64,000 nucleotides of DNA from an uncultured Sandaracinus sp. (GTDB lineage: Bacteria > Myxococcota_A > Polyangia > Polyangiales > Sandaracinaceae). The notes beneath the pieces are model-generated. The model worked only from the letters and a program-made list of their open reading frames with translations, was not told the DNA's origin and ran no database searches. The stretch is taken from contig CAIKNO010000330.1 in the NCBI GenBank assembly GCA_903828805.1, forward strand, positions 1,096 through 65,095. The letters are read 5' to 3'. Below, one piece after another: positions 9,404 through 19,223 of this stretch; position 1 is the first letter of the stretch, and the number at the start of each line of letters is the position of its first letter. The position numbers and the translations under genes are program-made.

Positions 9404-10906
9404 ATGGAAGACACCGAGTGGGCCGCGCTGACCGCGCATCTTGGCGAGATCGAGATCCTCGAGGGGATCATGGGCGTGCTCGGCTGGGACGAGCAGACCT
9501 TCATGCCGCGCAAGGCCGCCGGCCTGCGGGGAACCCAGCAAGCATTGCTGTCGAGGCTCTCGCACGAGCGCCTCGTGGATCCTCGGGTCGGCGCCTGGCT
9601 CGCGGCGCTCGAAGCGCACCCGGACCGCGACGTCGTGCAGAACGCGTGCGCCCGCAACCTCGGGCGCACCTACCGCCGGGAGCGCGGCGTGTCGTCGGAC
9701 CTCGTCGATCGCCTCGCCCGCGCACGCAGCGACGGGTTCCAGGCGTGGATCGAGGCGAAGAAGACCTCGAACTTCGAGGTGTTCGCCCCGGTGCTCCAGC
9801 GCCTGGTGGACCTCAGCCGCGAGCGCGCGGCCGCCATCGACCCTTCGCGTCATCCCTACGAGGTGCTGCTCGAGCAGTTCGACCCCGGCACCTCGGTCGA
9901 GAGTCTGCGCTCGATGTTCGCGCGGTTGCGGGCCGGCCTGGTGCCGCTGATCGAAGCCATCGCCGCGGCCCCCGCCCAGACGCCCCTCGCAGGCCCGTGG
10001 GAACTCGAGCGCCAGTGGGCCCTCAACCGAGAGGTCGCCGCCGGGCTCGGCTACGATTTCGAAGGCGGTCGGCTCGACGCCTCCGAGCACCCGTTCTCGA
10101 CCGGTCACGGCGAGGGCGACGCACGGATCACCGCCCACCTCACGCCCGACGATCTGCTGTCGGGCCTCGGCGGCACCATCCACGAGACGGGGCATGCGCT
10201 CTACGAGCAAGGCATTCCGCGCTCGCTGCTCGGCACGACCGTCGGCGAGGCGGCGAGCTTCGGCCTGCACGAGTCGCAGAGCCGGTTCTGGGAGAACTAC
10301 ATCGGCCGGAGCCGGCCCTTCGCGGGATGGCTCGCGGACCGGATCCACACGCACTTCCCGTCGTCCCGCCTCGACGCCGACACGTTGTTCCGCGCCCTGA
10401 ACCGCGTCGAGCGCGGACTCATCCGCGTGAAGGCCGACGAGGTCACGTACAACCTGCACGTGATCGTCCGCTTCGAGCTCGAGCTCGCGCTCTTCGAGGG
10501 CCGACTCGCGGTGAAGGATCTGCCCGCGGCGTGGAATGAGAAGTACCGCACGTACCTCGGGGTCACCCCGCCCGACGACGCGCGCGGCGTGCTGCAGGAC
10601 GTGCACTGGTCGGGCGCCGCCTTCGGATACTTCCCCAGCTACACGCTCGGGAACCTCTACGCGGCGAGCTTCGGCGCGACCCTCGAGGCCGCGCTTCCGA
10701 CCTTGTGGGACGACGTCGGCCGGGGCCACTTCGGCGACATCCTCGCGTGGCTGCGTACGCACGTGCACGGGGTCGGTCATCGCTTCGAGGCCCCGGAGAT
10801 CGTGAAGAACGCCGTCGGCGGTCGCGACCACGTCGAGGACCTGCTCGCGTACCTGTGGCGCCGTCAGGGCGCGGTGTACGGGGTCGTCCGTCCGTCCGGC
10901 GTCTGA
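9404..10906 (+). CDS. Carboxypeptidase M32 (carboxypeptidase Taq family)
   Basis: HPF, HETGHALYEQG (HExxH), HESQSRFWEN, IRVKADEVTY, QDVHW, GYFPSYTLG; GGAGAGG before ATG 9404. Confidence 0.95.
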   Translation: MEDTEWAALTAHLGEIEILEGIMGVLGWDEQTFMPRKAAGLRGTQQALLSRLSHERLVDPRVGAWLAALEAHPDRDVVQNACARNLGRTYRRERGVSSDLVDRLARARSDGFQAWIEAKKTSNFEVFAPVLQRLVDLSRERAAAIDPSRHPYEVLLEQFDPGTSVESLRSMFARLRAGLVPLIEAIAAAPAQTPLAGPWELERQWALNREVAAGLGYDFEGGRLDASEHPFSTGHGEGDARITAHLTPDDLLSGLGGTIHETGHALYEQGIPRSLLGTTVGEAASFGLHESQSRFWENYIGRSRPFAGWLADRIHTHFPSSRLDADTLFRALNRVERGLIRVKADEVTYNLHVIVRFELELALFEGRLAVKDLPAAWNEKYRTYLGVTPPDDARGVLQDVHWSGAAFGYFPSYTLGNLYAASFGATLEAALPTLWDDVGRGHFGDILAWLRTHVHGVGHRFEAPEIVKNAVGGRDHVEDLLAYLWRRQGAVYGVVRPSGV

Positions 10907-10934
10907 GGGACCTCGCAGCGCCGTGGGGCGTCCC

Positions 10935-11909
10935 TCACTCGAGGGTCACGTCCAGCCGGCACGCGCTCGTTCCGAGGTGCCCGTCCCGCACGACGAGCCA
11001 GAGACTCGCAGGCCCTGGCTCCTCGGGCGTGGTCCATCGCGTGCCCCGCTCGGGCCGGGCCGTGATGGCCTCGCCGAGGCGACCACCGGTCGCGAACCAC
11101 GCGTAGTACGCGCCTTCTTCGCCCTGCGTGAGTCCCCCGGTGTAGTCGAACACGGGGAACGTCTCGAGCCACGGCTCGCGCGCCATGGCGCTGTCGCCGT
11201 CGCCGAAGCCGCTTCCATCCGGCAGCAAGGGCTCGAGCGGCACCTCCGCGCCGGCGCGCAGCCGCGGCGTCCGACCATCGGCCGCGCGGCACGTGAAGCG
11301 CCCGTCGGGCACGATCTCGAGCGCATCGTCGAGCCGGAAGCGCGGCGGCGGCGGGTTCGTCGTGGGCGAGGCGCGCCCCGTGAGAGCCACCCTCTTGTAC
11401 GCGGACACGCGCACCCGGCCCGTCGCGTCGAGGACCTCGAGCTCGACCTCGAAGGCGACGCCGACCGTCGACAGCACGAGGTCGAGCAGCGCCGCCCGCG
11501 CGCCGAGGAGCGGCGCGAACGACGCGAGCGCGTCGAAGAGCGCTCGGGTCCGCGCTCCTTCGACGACGAACGAGACACCTTCGGCGAGCGTCGCCTCCTG
11601 ACACTCGGGCCGGCCGGGCACCTCGACGGGCAAGCCCGTGTCGCGCAGGACGCTCGCTGCATCGAGGCATGCGCGCCACCGCAGCGCGAGCGGTCGAGGG
11701 GCCTCGGCAGGCACCGAGATCATCGCGTCGACCGCGATGTCCGTCCCGGGGGCCGACTCCGGCGGCTCGGCCACGACCGCCAGCACGCGGGGCGTCTTCA
11801 CGATCTCCGAGGGGTCGAGCGAGCCCGTGCATCCGACCAGCGCCAGCACGACGGAGAGCCCCCACCCCGCCTCGGACCCTCGCCGGGCCCTGCGGAACGG
11901 GGCGCTCAC
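10935..11909 (-). CDS. Lipoprotein accompanying a TonB-dependent receptor (myxobacterial type)
   Basis: LALVGC lipobox, PRVLAVVAEPPE, AWFATGG, LWLVVRDG; GTGA overlap with the TBDT stop. Confidence 0.75.
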   Translation of the reverse strand: MSAPFRRARRGSEAGWGLSVVLALVGCTGSLDPSEIVKTPRVLAVVAEPPESAPGTDIAVDAMISVPAEAPRPLALRWRACLDAASVLRDTGLPVEVPGRPECQEATLAEGVSFVVEGARTRALFDALASFAPLLGARAALLDLVLSTVGVAFEVELEVLDATGRVRVSAYKRVALTGRASPTTNPPPPRFRLDDALEIVPDGRFTCRAADGRTPRLRAGAEVPLEPLLPDGSGFGDGDSAMAREPWLETFPVFDYTGGLTQGEEGAYYAWFATGGRLGEAITARPERGTRWTTPEEPGPASLWLVVRDGHLGTSACRLDVTLE

Positions 11910-14413
11910 TCGAACACCGCCCGCACCCCGAGCGTCCCGAGGATGGGGATCCCCGGCACCGGCATGCTTCGCTCGAAGTCGTACTGGTAGATGACACCCT
12001 CCGCGTTCTGCGCGTAGTACGCGTTGAGCACCTCGAGGAAGACCGTGCCGCGCACGGGGCCGGCATCGAAGTCGCGGTCGAGACGCACGTCGAGCTGATG
12101 GTAGGTCGGAAGCCGCGCGAACGCGCCGGTCGTCACCGCGTCGTAGTCGTTCGCGTCGGCGTCGTAGATTCCCCCCTGGATGTCCGCGGTGGGGCGGCCG
12201 GTCGCGAGCGAGAAGCGCCCCCCGATCCTCCATCCGTCGAGCTGGTAGCTCGCCACGAGGTTCAGGACGTGCGTCTGGTCGAACGAGAACGGACGCCACG
12301 TCCCGTCGGTCGCGAGCCGCTCGCTCCGCGAGAGCGTGTACGAAGCCCACGCGTAGAAGCCCTCGTCGACCGGCCGTCGGATGAGGACCTCGAGACCGTA
12401 GGCGCGGCCCTCCTGATCGGCCCGGAAGAACTCCCGTCGCAGTTCCCCCGAGGGGCCCACGACCGCCGACTGGGCGAAGCGCGCGATGTCCCACATCTGC
12501 GAGTAGAAGCCGTTCACCTCGACGCCCACGTCGAGCGGAAGATCGACCTCGACGCCGCCGGATGTCTGCCACGCGCGCTGCGGTCCAAGCCGCGGATTGC
12601 CGCCCGTCGAGATCGTCTGCACCGCCGCCGGGGCCTGCGTGAAGAGCCCCGTGCCCGCCTTCAACCGGAGCTCCCGGAAGACCTCCCACCGGGCGACGAC
12701 GCGCGGGTCGGGCGCGATCTCGGTCAGCGCGCCGTATCGCAGGACGTCCATCCGCAACCCCGCGCTGAGCTCGACAGGCGCGAATCGAAGGACGCCCTCG
12801 AGGTAGGCCCCCGGCGTGCCGCGCGCGGCCGACGAGCGCAGCGTGACGAAGCGGGGATCGAAGACGGGACGCGGATACTCTCCGAGGCCCGAGGGAAGCG
12901 GCGCCGTCACGTCGATGTGCGTGACGACGCCGGCGAGGTCGAGCCCGGTGTTCACCGCGAGCCACGGCGCCGGCGCGAGGGCCACGTCGAGGCGCAGGCC
13001 CGTGGTCAACGTCTCGAGGCCGAAGCGCTGGCTCGGCTCGCCGACGCTCCGGCTCCCGAAGAACTGACCGTCGCGCCCGACCGTCCCGGCGAGCGTGACG
13101 CTCGTGCCCTCGGCGACGCGCCACACGAGGCGCGCGATGGCGCGCTGGAAGTTGATCGCGATCGACGTGTTGACGCCCGACGAGGTCGCACCGCCCCCGA
13201 TCGCGCCGGACTGGTCGAGTGTGTCGTCGGAGGCGAGCAGGAAGATCGAGCCCGAGAGGTGCGCGTCGAATCGGTACTCCGCCCGGAGCTGGGCGTCGGT
13301 GTACTGGAGCGTCAGCCCCGGCACGAAGAGCGGGACGAGCAGCTCGTAGTAGCTGCGGCGGAACGCGAACGCGACGTTGCCGCGGCCGTGATCGAAGGGC
13401 AGCACGATCATCGCCGAGGCGCGCAGCAGATCGAGCGAGAGCTCCACCTGAGGCGCCCGGGCCTCGGGGGCGTGGGTGTCGAGGGCGACGAGCCCGCCCG
13501 TGTAGCGTCCGTAGGACACCGGATCATTCCCGGGATAGAAGCGCATGCGCTCGACGAAGCGCGACGAGATGACCGCCGGACCGAACCCGAAGTGATAGAG
13601 GATCGGGATCGGAAACCCGTCGACCAGGAACCCGGTGTTGTTGAACGCCGAGCCGCGGACCACGAAGAAGCCGATCCCGAAGGGTGAGCGCGCGACCCCC
13701 GGCAGGGCCGCCACCGCGCGGAGCGGCTCGCCGAACGTGCCCGGGACCGTCGTGAGCTCGGCGCCCCGCAGCGTGATCCGGCTCGTCGCGTCGGGCTCGG
13801 GCCGCTCCACGACCGCCCGCGCGCCGAACGCCGCCGGCTCCTCGGGCGCGCCCTCGGCAGCGACCTCCTCCGTGCCTGCGACCCCCTCACCCGGCCGCGC
13901 GGCCGTCTCGTCGCCCCCGGCGGCCGGCGCCCCGGGCGTGTCCTCGCGGGGAGGCGGCGCCGCCGTCGTCGCGTCCTCCGCGGCCGGCTCGACGGGCGTC
14001 GCGGCGACGCGGTAACGAAACCGGATCCGCGCCGGGATCGGCACGCCCGCCCGCGTCGCGGGCTCGAAGCGCATCGCGCGCGCGGCCGAGAGCACGAGCG
14101 CGTCGACGTCGGGGCGGACGCTGACCGCGAGCGTCGCCTCGGTCACGGAGCCATCGGCCGCGACCCCGAGGAGCAGGTCCACCGCGGTGTCCTCGAGGAG
14201 CGCCGGCGCCCCCTCGGGGAGCACCACCTCGGGGGCCTCGAGCAGGCGCGGAGGGATCGCCGCCACGCGCACAGGGGGCGGAGCCGGCGCCTCCTGCGCC
14301 TGCGCCTGCGTCCAGGCCGGCATCGCGAGCGCGACGAGGCCCAGGAGGCAGGCCGCGACGCGCGGGGGCGCCCTGCGGAGGCCGCGGGCACGGTCGAGGA
14401 CGGGGCCCTTCAC
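11906..14413 (-). CDS. TonB-dependent receptor with N-terminal TonB C-terminal-like domain
   Basis: N-terminal AARAMRFEPATRAGVPIPARIRFRY (TonB_C-like); plug VPGTFGEPLRAVAALPGVAR...VRGS; barrel C-terminus FLEVLNAY...GVRAVFE; GTGA overlap with the upstream gene. Confidence 0.9.
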   Translation of the reverse strand: MKGPVLDRARGLRRAPPRVAACLLGLVALAMPAWTQAQAQEAPAPPPVRVAAIPPRLLEAPEVVLPEGAPALLEDTAVDLLLGVAADGSVTEATLAVSVRPDVDALVLSAARAMRFEPATRAGVPIPARIRFRYRVAATPVEPAAEDATTAAPPPREDTPGAPAAGGDETAARPGEGVAGTEEVAAEGAPEEPAAFGARAVVERPEPDATSRITLRGAELTTVPGTFGEPLRAVAALPGVARSPFGIGFFVVRGSAFNNTGFLVDGFPIPILYHFGFGPAVISSRFVERMRFYPGNDPVSYGRYTGGLVALDTHAPEARAPQVELSLDLLRASAMIVLPFDHGRGNVAFAFRRSYYELLVPLFVPGLTLQYTDAQLRAEYRFDAHLSGSIFLLASDDTLDQSGAIGGGATSSGVNTSIAINFQRAIARLVWRVAEGTSVTLAGTVGRDGQFFGSRSVGEPSQRFGLETLTTGLRLDVALAPAPWLAVNTGLDLAGVVTHIDVTAPLPSGLGEYPRPVFDPRFVTLRSSAARGTPGAYLEGVLRFAPVELSAGLRMDVLRYGALTEIAPDPRVVARWEVFRELRLKAGTGLFTQAPAAVQTISTGGNPRLGPQRAWQTSGGVEVDLPLDVGVEVNGFYSQMWDIARFAQSAVVGPSGELRREFFRADQEGRAYGLEVLIRRPVDEGFYAWASYTLSRSERLATDGTWRPFSFDQTHVLNLVASYQLDGWRIGGRFSLATGRPTADIQGGIYDADANDYDAVTTGAFARLPTYHQLDVRLDRDFDAGPVRGTVFLEVLNAYYAQNAEGVIYQYDFERSMPVPGIPILGTLGVRAVFE

Positions 14414-15639
14414 GGCGCGACGTTCGACCAGGACGCGTCCCCATCGAGCATCGCGCCGAGCCAGGCCGAGAGCGTCGTGCCCCCGGAGGTCACGCGCCCG
14501 AGCTGCTCGTACACGAAGGTGTGACGATCCCCGTCGACGAAGAACGTGTGGATGCGGTCGTGGGGCGAAAGAACACGGTCGCGCAGGTCGACGAGGCCCG
14601 CCTCGTAGACCTCGCCGCTCATGCCGATCGGGAAGTTGCAGCGCGGGCTCAGGCCGATGCCGAAGAACTGCCGCATCGTCTGGTCGCGGGTGTTCGACAG
14701 CAGCGCGAAGCGTCGCTCCGGATAGCGCAAGGTGAGGTAGGTCCACAGCGCAGAGAGGCCGCCGCCTTCGGGCAACGCGCACTGCGGGCAGTCGGCCGGC
14801 ACCGGCAGCCCGAACAGGTCGATCGCCTTCTGCTGGAGGCACGGACGCAGGGTCTCGTCCCCGAGGATCGGACCGGAGTCGTCGATGAGGTCGACCGGCG
14901 TGCACTCGAAGGCGCGCTGCACTTGATCGTAGTTCGCGAGCGCCCCGAGCCCGCCTGCGCTCGCCCCGATCAGCACCGCGCGCTCGACCGGATGGACGTC
15001 TCGGAACGTCGGCACGAGCCGCGACAGGAAGCGGCCGACGTTGAGGTAGCCGACCTGCTCACGCCCCTCGAAGCCGTCGACCCGCGTGCCGCCGTGAACG
15101 TCCCCGCTGCAGTACGGCACGTACACGACCGTCCAGTCGCGGAACGGGTTCGAGGCGTCGGTCTTGCTGAAGATCCCGTAGGCGTCGAGATCCGACTCGA
15201 CCGCGCGGAACCGGGTCGCCGAGAATCCATCGGGATTCGCCACGCCCGCGCACGTCACGGCGTCGAAGCAGAGGCCGCCCCCCTCGAGGTACATCATCAG
15301 GCGCGGCGAGGTGCCGAGACGGACGCCGAAGCCGGTCGAGCTCCCGTCCATGCAGTGGGCCTCCGGCACGTCCACCCACGTCCAGCGGCCCTCCGACAAC
15401 CCCTCCAGCGGCGCGCCCTCCGGGGCGCTGCCCCAGGTGTCGCAGGCCCCGGGATCCATCGGCATCACCGGCCCGGCATCGGTGCGCGGTCCCGCATCCC
15501 GCCCGGGAGGCGGCCCCGCGTCGACCGGCAGCACGCCCGCATCCGGCTCGACGGGCGGCGCATCGCCGCCGCACGCTGCGAGCGCCAGGATCGACAGCAC
15601 GAGCAAGGCGGCGCGCGCGCCGCGGCGAGAGGATGGCAT
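14410..15639 (-). CDS. Pectinacetylesterase/Notum-family esterase lipoprotein
   Basis: LAAC lipobox; CMDGS, YLEGGGLC, NPFRDW, VPYCSGDVH, GASAGG, DDSG, terminal H in DRHTF. Confidence 0.9.
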   Translation of the reverse strand: MPSSRRGARAALLVLSILALAACGGDAPPVEPDAGVLPVDAGPPPGRDAGPRTDAGPVMPMDPGACDTWGSAPEGAPLEGLSEGRWTWVDVPEAHCMDGSSTGFGVRLGTSPRLMMYLEGGGLCFDAVTCAGVANPDGFSATRFRAVESDLDAYGIFSKTDASNPFRDWTVVYVPYCSGDVHGGTRVDGFEGREQVGYLNVGRFLSRLVPTFRDVHPVERAVLIGASAGGLGALANYDQVQRAFECTPVDLIDDSGPILGDETLRPCLQQKAIDLFGLPVPADCPQCALPEGGGLSALWTYLTLRYPERRFALLSNTRDQTMRQFFGIGLSPRCNFPIGMSGEVYEAGLVDLRDRVLSPHDRIHTFFVDGDRHTFVYEQLGRVTSGGTTLSAWLGAMLDGDASWSNVAP

Positions 15640-15812
15640 CGAGGAGTCCCGTCCAGGTCGCCCCGGCGGCCGGCGAAGCAGTCGACGGGCGCGGAAAGAC
15701 AGGCTCAGGCTACCAGCGCCCGCAGGCCCGTTGAAGCGCCATTCATCGCCGCCCGCGATGCCGCGCGGCGCGTGCTTGTCGCGGGGATGCGCGGCCCGTA
15801 CAACTGCGCGTC

Positions 15813-16937
15813 ATGCCGTCCTGGACCCGCACCGGCCGCAGGTCGCCCGCGCCCGTCCGTGGCGTGCTCGGCGGGTCTCCGGCGTGGGTTCTTCTGCTGC
15901 TCTCGGCCTTCGCGGTCGGGAGGCCATCGGCGGCGGCGGCCCAGGGGACTGACGGCGAGGCCGGGGACAGCCGCCCGCCCGTCCCGACCGCGGGCGCCGA
16001 GGCGCTCTCCCCGGGCCCCGCGCCGACCGGAGACGCGCCGGACGACGTCGCCGAGGACGTGGTGGCCACGTTCGGCAACGTGGTCGGCACCGAGGGCCTC
16101 CAGCGTCCCACCGGAGGGGAGTCGCCCTCGCATCGGCTCGCCTGGCGCGACGCGTGGCCCCGGTTCTCGTTCGACGAGGCCGTGCTCTCGTTCGGGCTCG
16201 GCGCGCTCCTCGTCGCCGCGGAGGCCCTGCCGACCGCGAGCACGTTGCCGAACTGGCGCGGCGGCCTGCTCTTCGACGACGGCGTCCGCGAGGGGATGCG
16301 CCTGCGCACCCCCGAGTCCCGGGAGTCCGCGCGCCTCGCCTCCGAGGGGCTGCAATGGGTCCTCATCGCCACCCCGTTCGTCATCGACGCCCTCGGCACC
16401 GCCGGGATCGGTGACGGAAGCTGGGACACCGCGTTCCAGATGGGGCTCATCAGCCTCGAGTCGTACGTCGTCGCGCTCGTCGTCTGGAAGGTCACGACGC
16501 TGCTCGCGCGCCGCGAGCGGCCGGTCGATGCGGCCTGCCGCGCGGATGGGAGCAGCCCCGAGTGTGCGGAGCGCTTCGAGACGACGAGCTTCTTCTCGAA
16601 CCAGACGATGAACGCGTTCACCGGCGCCTCGCTGGTGTGTCTCGAGCATGCGGCGCTGCCCCTGTTCGGAGACGAGGCCGCGGACGCGGCGACCTGCGTC
16701 AGCTCGCTGACGGCCGCGGCGGTCGTGGGCCTGCTCCGGGTCATGAGCGACCGCGAGTACCTCACCGACGCGCTGATGGGCGCCGCCGTCGGCTTCGTCG
16801 CGGGCTACGTCGTGCCCTGGGCGCTGCACTACCAAGGCGGCGCCCGACCCGAGCTGCGCGCGCCGATGGCCCTGGTGCCCTTCCCGATGGTCGGCCCCCA
16901 CGACACGGTCGGGGTCTCGCTCGCGGGCTGGTTCTGA
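15813..16937 (+). CDS. PAP2-superfamily membrane protein with degenerate catalytic motifs
   Basis: RRERP (motif 1), SFFSNQT (motif 2, normally SGH), RVMSDREYLTD (motif 3, normally RxxxxxH). Start uncertain. Confidence 0.75.
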   Translation: MPSWTRTGRRSPAPVRGVLGGSPAWVLLLLSAFAVGRPSAAAAQGTDGEAGDSRPPVPTAGAEALSPGPAPTGDAPDDVAEDVVATFGNVVGTEGLQRPTGGESPSHRLAWRDAWPRFSFDEAVLSFGLGALLVAAEALPTASTLPNWRGGLLFDDGVREGMRLRTPESRESARLASEGLQWVLIATPFVIDALGTAGIGDGSWDTAFQMGLISLESYVVALVVWKVTTLLARRERPVDAACRADGSSPECAERFETTSFFSNQTMNAFTGASLVCLEHAALPLFGDEAADAATCVSSLTAAAVVGLLRVMSDREYLTDALMGAAVGFVAGYVVPWALHYQGGARPELRAPMALVPFPMVGPHDTVGVSLAGWF

Positions 16938-16965
16938 GCGCGCGGTCACGCGGACGGAGGGACCG

Positions 16966-17976
16966 ATGAAGGCGTGGCAGATCGAGGCGTTCGGGGCCCT
17001 GTCCCCGGTGCAGGTGGAGCGCCCCGCGCCGGTCGTCGGACCCGGCCAGGCCCTGGTGCGGGTACGCGCCGTCGCCTTGAATTATCGGGATCTCCGGGTG
17101 CTCGAGGGCAGCTACGACCCACGCCTCGCGCTGCCCTTCGTGCCCTGCTCGGACCTCGCGGGCGAGGTGCTCGAGACAGGCCCGGGCGTGCGCCGTGTGA
17201 AGGCCGGGGACCGCGTGCTGTCCTCGTTCGCGCAGGCCTGGGTCGCGGGTCGACCGACCCAGGCGCGGCTCCGTTCGACGCTCGGGTCGCCGCTCCCCGG
17301 GGTGCTCGCGACCCACGTCGTCCTGGACGCCGAGGGGCTCGTCCATGCGCCCGCGTACCTTCCCGACGAGGCGGCGTGCACGCTCCCGTGCGCTGCCCTC
17401 ACCGCATGGCACGCGCTCGTCGATCACGGCGCGCTGCAGCCCGGCCAGACCGTGCTCGTTCAGGGCACCGGGGGGGTCTCCCTCTTCGCGGCGCAGATCG
17501 CACGCCTGCTCGGCGCCACGGTGATCGGCACCTCGGCCAAGCCGGCCGGCCGCGCGACGCTGCACGCGCTCGGCGCCTCGACCGTCATCGACCGCGTGCT
17601 CGATCCCGCCTGGGGCAAGACGGTCCGGGCGGCGACCTCCGGCCTCGGGGTCGACCACGTGGTCGAGGTCGGCGGCGCCCAGACCCTTGCGCAGTCCCTG
17701 CGCGCCGTTTCGCCGGGCGGCATCGTGCACGTGATCGGCGTGCTCTCGGGGGCCCGCGAGAGCTTCGACGTGCTGCCCGTGCTGATGAACGAAGTGCGGA
17801 TGCAGGGCATCATGGTCGGGCCGCGCGACTCGCTCGAGGCGATGATCCGTGCGTTCTGCGCCCATCGCCTTATGCCCATCGTCGACCGCACGTTCTCGTT
17901 CGACGAGGTGCCCGCGGCGTTCGCCCATCTCCGCAGCGGCACGCACGTCGGCAAGGTCTGCGTGGCGCTCCCCTGA
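16966..17976 (+). CDS. NAD(P)-dependent MDR-family oxidoreductase (zinc-type ADH-like)
   Basis: ALNYRDL, PCSDLAGEV, TLPCAALTAW, VQGTGGVS, HVGKVCV; GGAGG RBS. Confidence 0.9.
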   Translation: MKAWQIEAFGALSPVQVERPAPVVGPGQALVRVRAVALNYRDLRVLEGSYDPRLALPFVPCSDLAGEVLETGPGVRRVKAGDRVLSSFAQAWVAGRPTQARLRSTLGSPLPGVLATHVVLDAEGLVHAPAYLPDEAACTLPCAALTAWHALVDHGALQPGQTVLVQGTGGVSLFAAQIARLLGATVIGTSAKPAGRATLHALGASTVIDRVLDPAWGKTVRAATSGLGVDHVVEVGGAQTLAQSLRAVSPGGIVHVIGVLSGARESFDVLPVLMNEVRMQGIMVGPRDSLEAMIRAFCAHRLMPIVDRTFSFDEVPAAFAHLRSGTHVGKVCVALP

Positions 17977-17991
17977 GGCCCGGCCCCGAGC

Positions 17992-19215
17992 GTGGACATG
18001 TCGCGCGTTGCAGCAGCTTCGAACACCGACGTGGGCCCGGTGCGCGTCGCGTCGACCCCGGGGCCGACCGGCGGGGGCCGCTGGGTCGCCCTCGATCTGC
18101 TGCGCTTCTGCGCTGTGTTCTTGATGGTGCAGGGGCACACCTTCTCGACGCTCCTCGACCCGGCGGTGCGCGCCGAGCGGTGGTACCGACATCACCTCTT
18201 CGTGCACGGGTACACCGCGCCGATGTTCATGTTCGCCTCCGGCCTCGCGTTCGGGTTCACCACGTTCCGCGCGTGGGAGCGAAACACGCGCCCGGGTCCC
18301 GGCCTGAACAAGCGGCTCAGGAGATACGCCTGGCTGCTGGCGATCGGCTACGCGCTGCACTTGCCCGGACTCTCCTGGCAGGAATTCGCGACCCTCTCTC
18401 CTTCCCGGTTGCGGGCCTTCCTGCAGGTCGACGTGCTGCAGCACACCGGCATCAGCCTCGCCCTCTGTCAGGGCCTCGCGTTCGCGCTGCGCCGCCCCGA
18501 GCGCTTCGCAGCGGCCATCGCCGCGCTGCTCGCGCTCGTGGTGTTCAGCGCGCCCATCGTGTGGGCGTGGACGGGGGTGCAAGCGTGGCCCGTCGGCCTC
18601 GGCGGGTTCGTGAACGGCGCCGAGGACTCGCTCTTTCCGCTCGTCCCGTGGGCCGGCTTCACCTACGCGGGGATCCTGACCGCGTACTTCGCACGCCGCG
18701 CGTCGCGTCCTTCGCACGCGCTCGCGTGGCCCATCGCCGCCGCGGCCGCGCTCGCGCTGCTCGTGCCGATCGCCATCAACCACGCCGGCATCGCCCCCTA
18801 CGGGCGCCACGACTTCTGGAAGACGAGCCCGTTCTATTTCTCCTGGCGCCTCGGCAACGTGATGGGCGTGCTCGCGTTGCTCTGCTTCGCCGAGCAGGCG
18901 CTGGACGCACGCCGCTCAGCGCAGCGACCAGGCGCGCCCGACGGCCCCGTCCTGCGGGTCGTCCGCGCCGTCGGGCAGGAGTCGCTGGTGGTGTACGTCG
19001 CGCACCTCGTGCTGCTGCACGGCTCGGTCCTCAACCGCGGGCTGAAGAGCCACCTCGGCGAGACCCTCTCGCTCGTCCAGGCCACCGCGGTCGCGCTTGG
19101 ACTCTTCGCGTCGATGGTCTGGCTCGCGTGGGCGTGGAGCCGCCTCGAGAAACACCCGCCGAAACCCAAGGACGAAGCGCGCGGGCGCTCGGCCCCCTCG
19201 CTGCGCGCGGCCTGA
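17992..19215 (+). CDS. Membrane acyltransferase (DUF1624 / HGSNAT-like)
   Basis: RWVALDLLR..AVFLMVQGH, APMFMFASG, VDVLQ, FPLVPW, GQESLVVYVAH; multi-TM. Confidence 0.8.
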   Translation: MDMSRVAAASNTDVGPVRVASTPGPTGGGRWVALDLLRFCAVFLMVQGHTFSTLLDPAVRAERWYRHHLFVHGYTAPMFMFASGLAFGFTTFRAWERNTRPGPGLNKRLRRYAWLLAIGYALHLPGLSWQEFATLSPSRLRAFLQVDVLQHTGISLALCQGLAFALRRPERFAAAIAALLALVVFSAPIVWAWTGVQAWPVGLGGFVNGAEDSLFPLVPWAGFTYAGILTAYFARRASRPSHALAWPIAAAAALALLVPIAINHAGIAPYGRHDFWKTSPFYFSWRLGNVMGVLALLCFAEQALDARRSAQRPGAPDGPVLRVVRAVGQESLVVYVAHLVLLHGSVLNRGLKSHLGETLSLVQATAVALGLFASMVWLAWAWSRLEKHPPKPKDEARGRSAPSLRAA

Positions 19216-19223
19216 CGGGCGCT

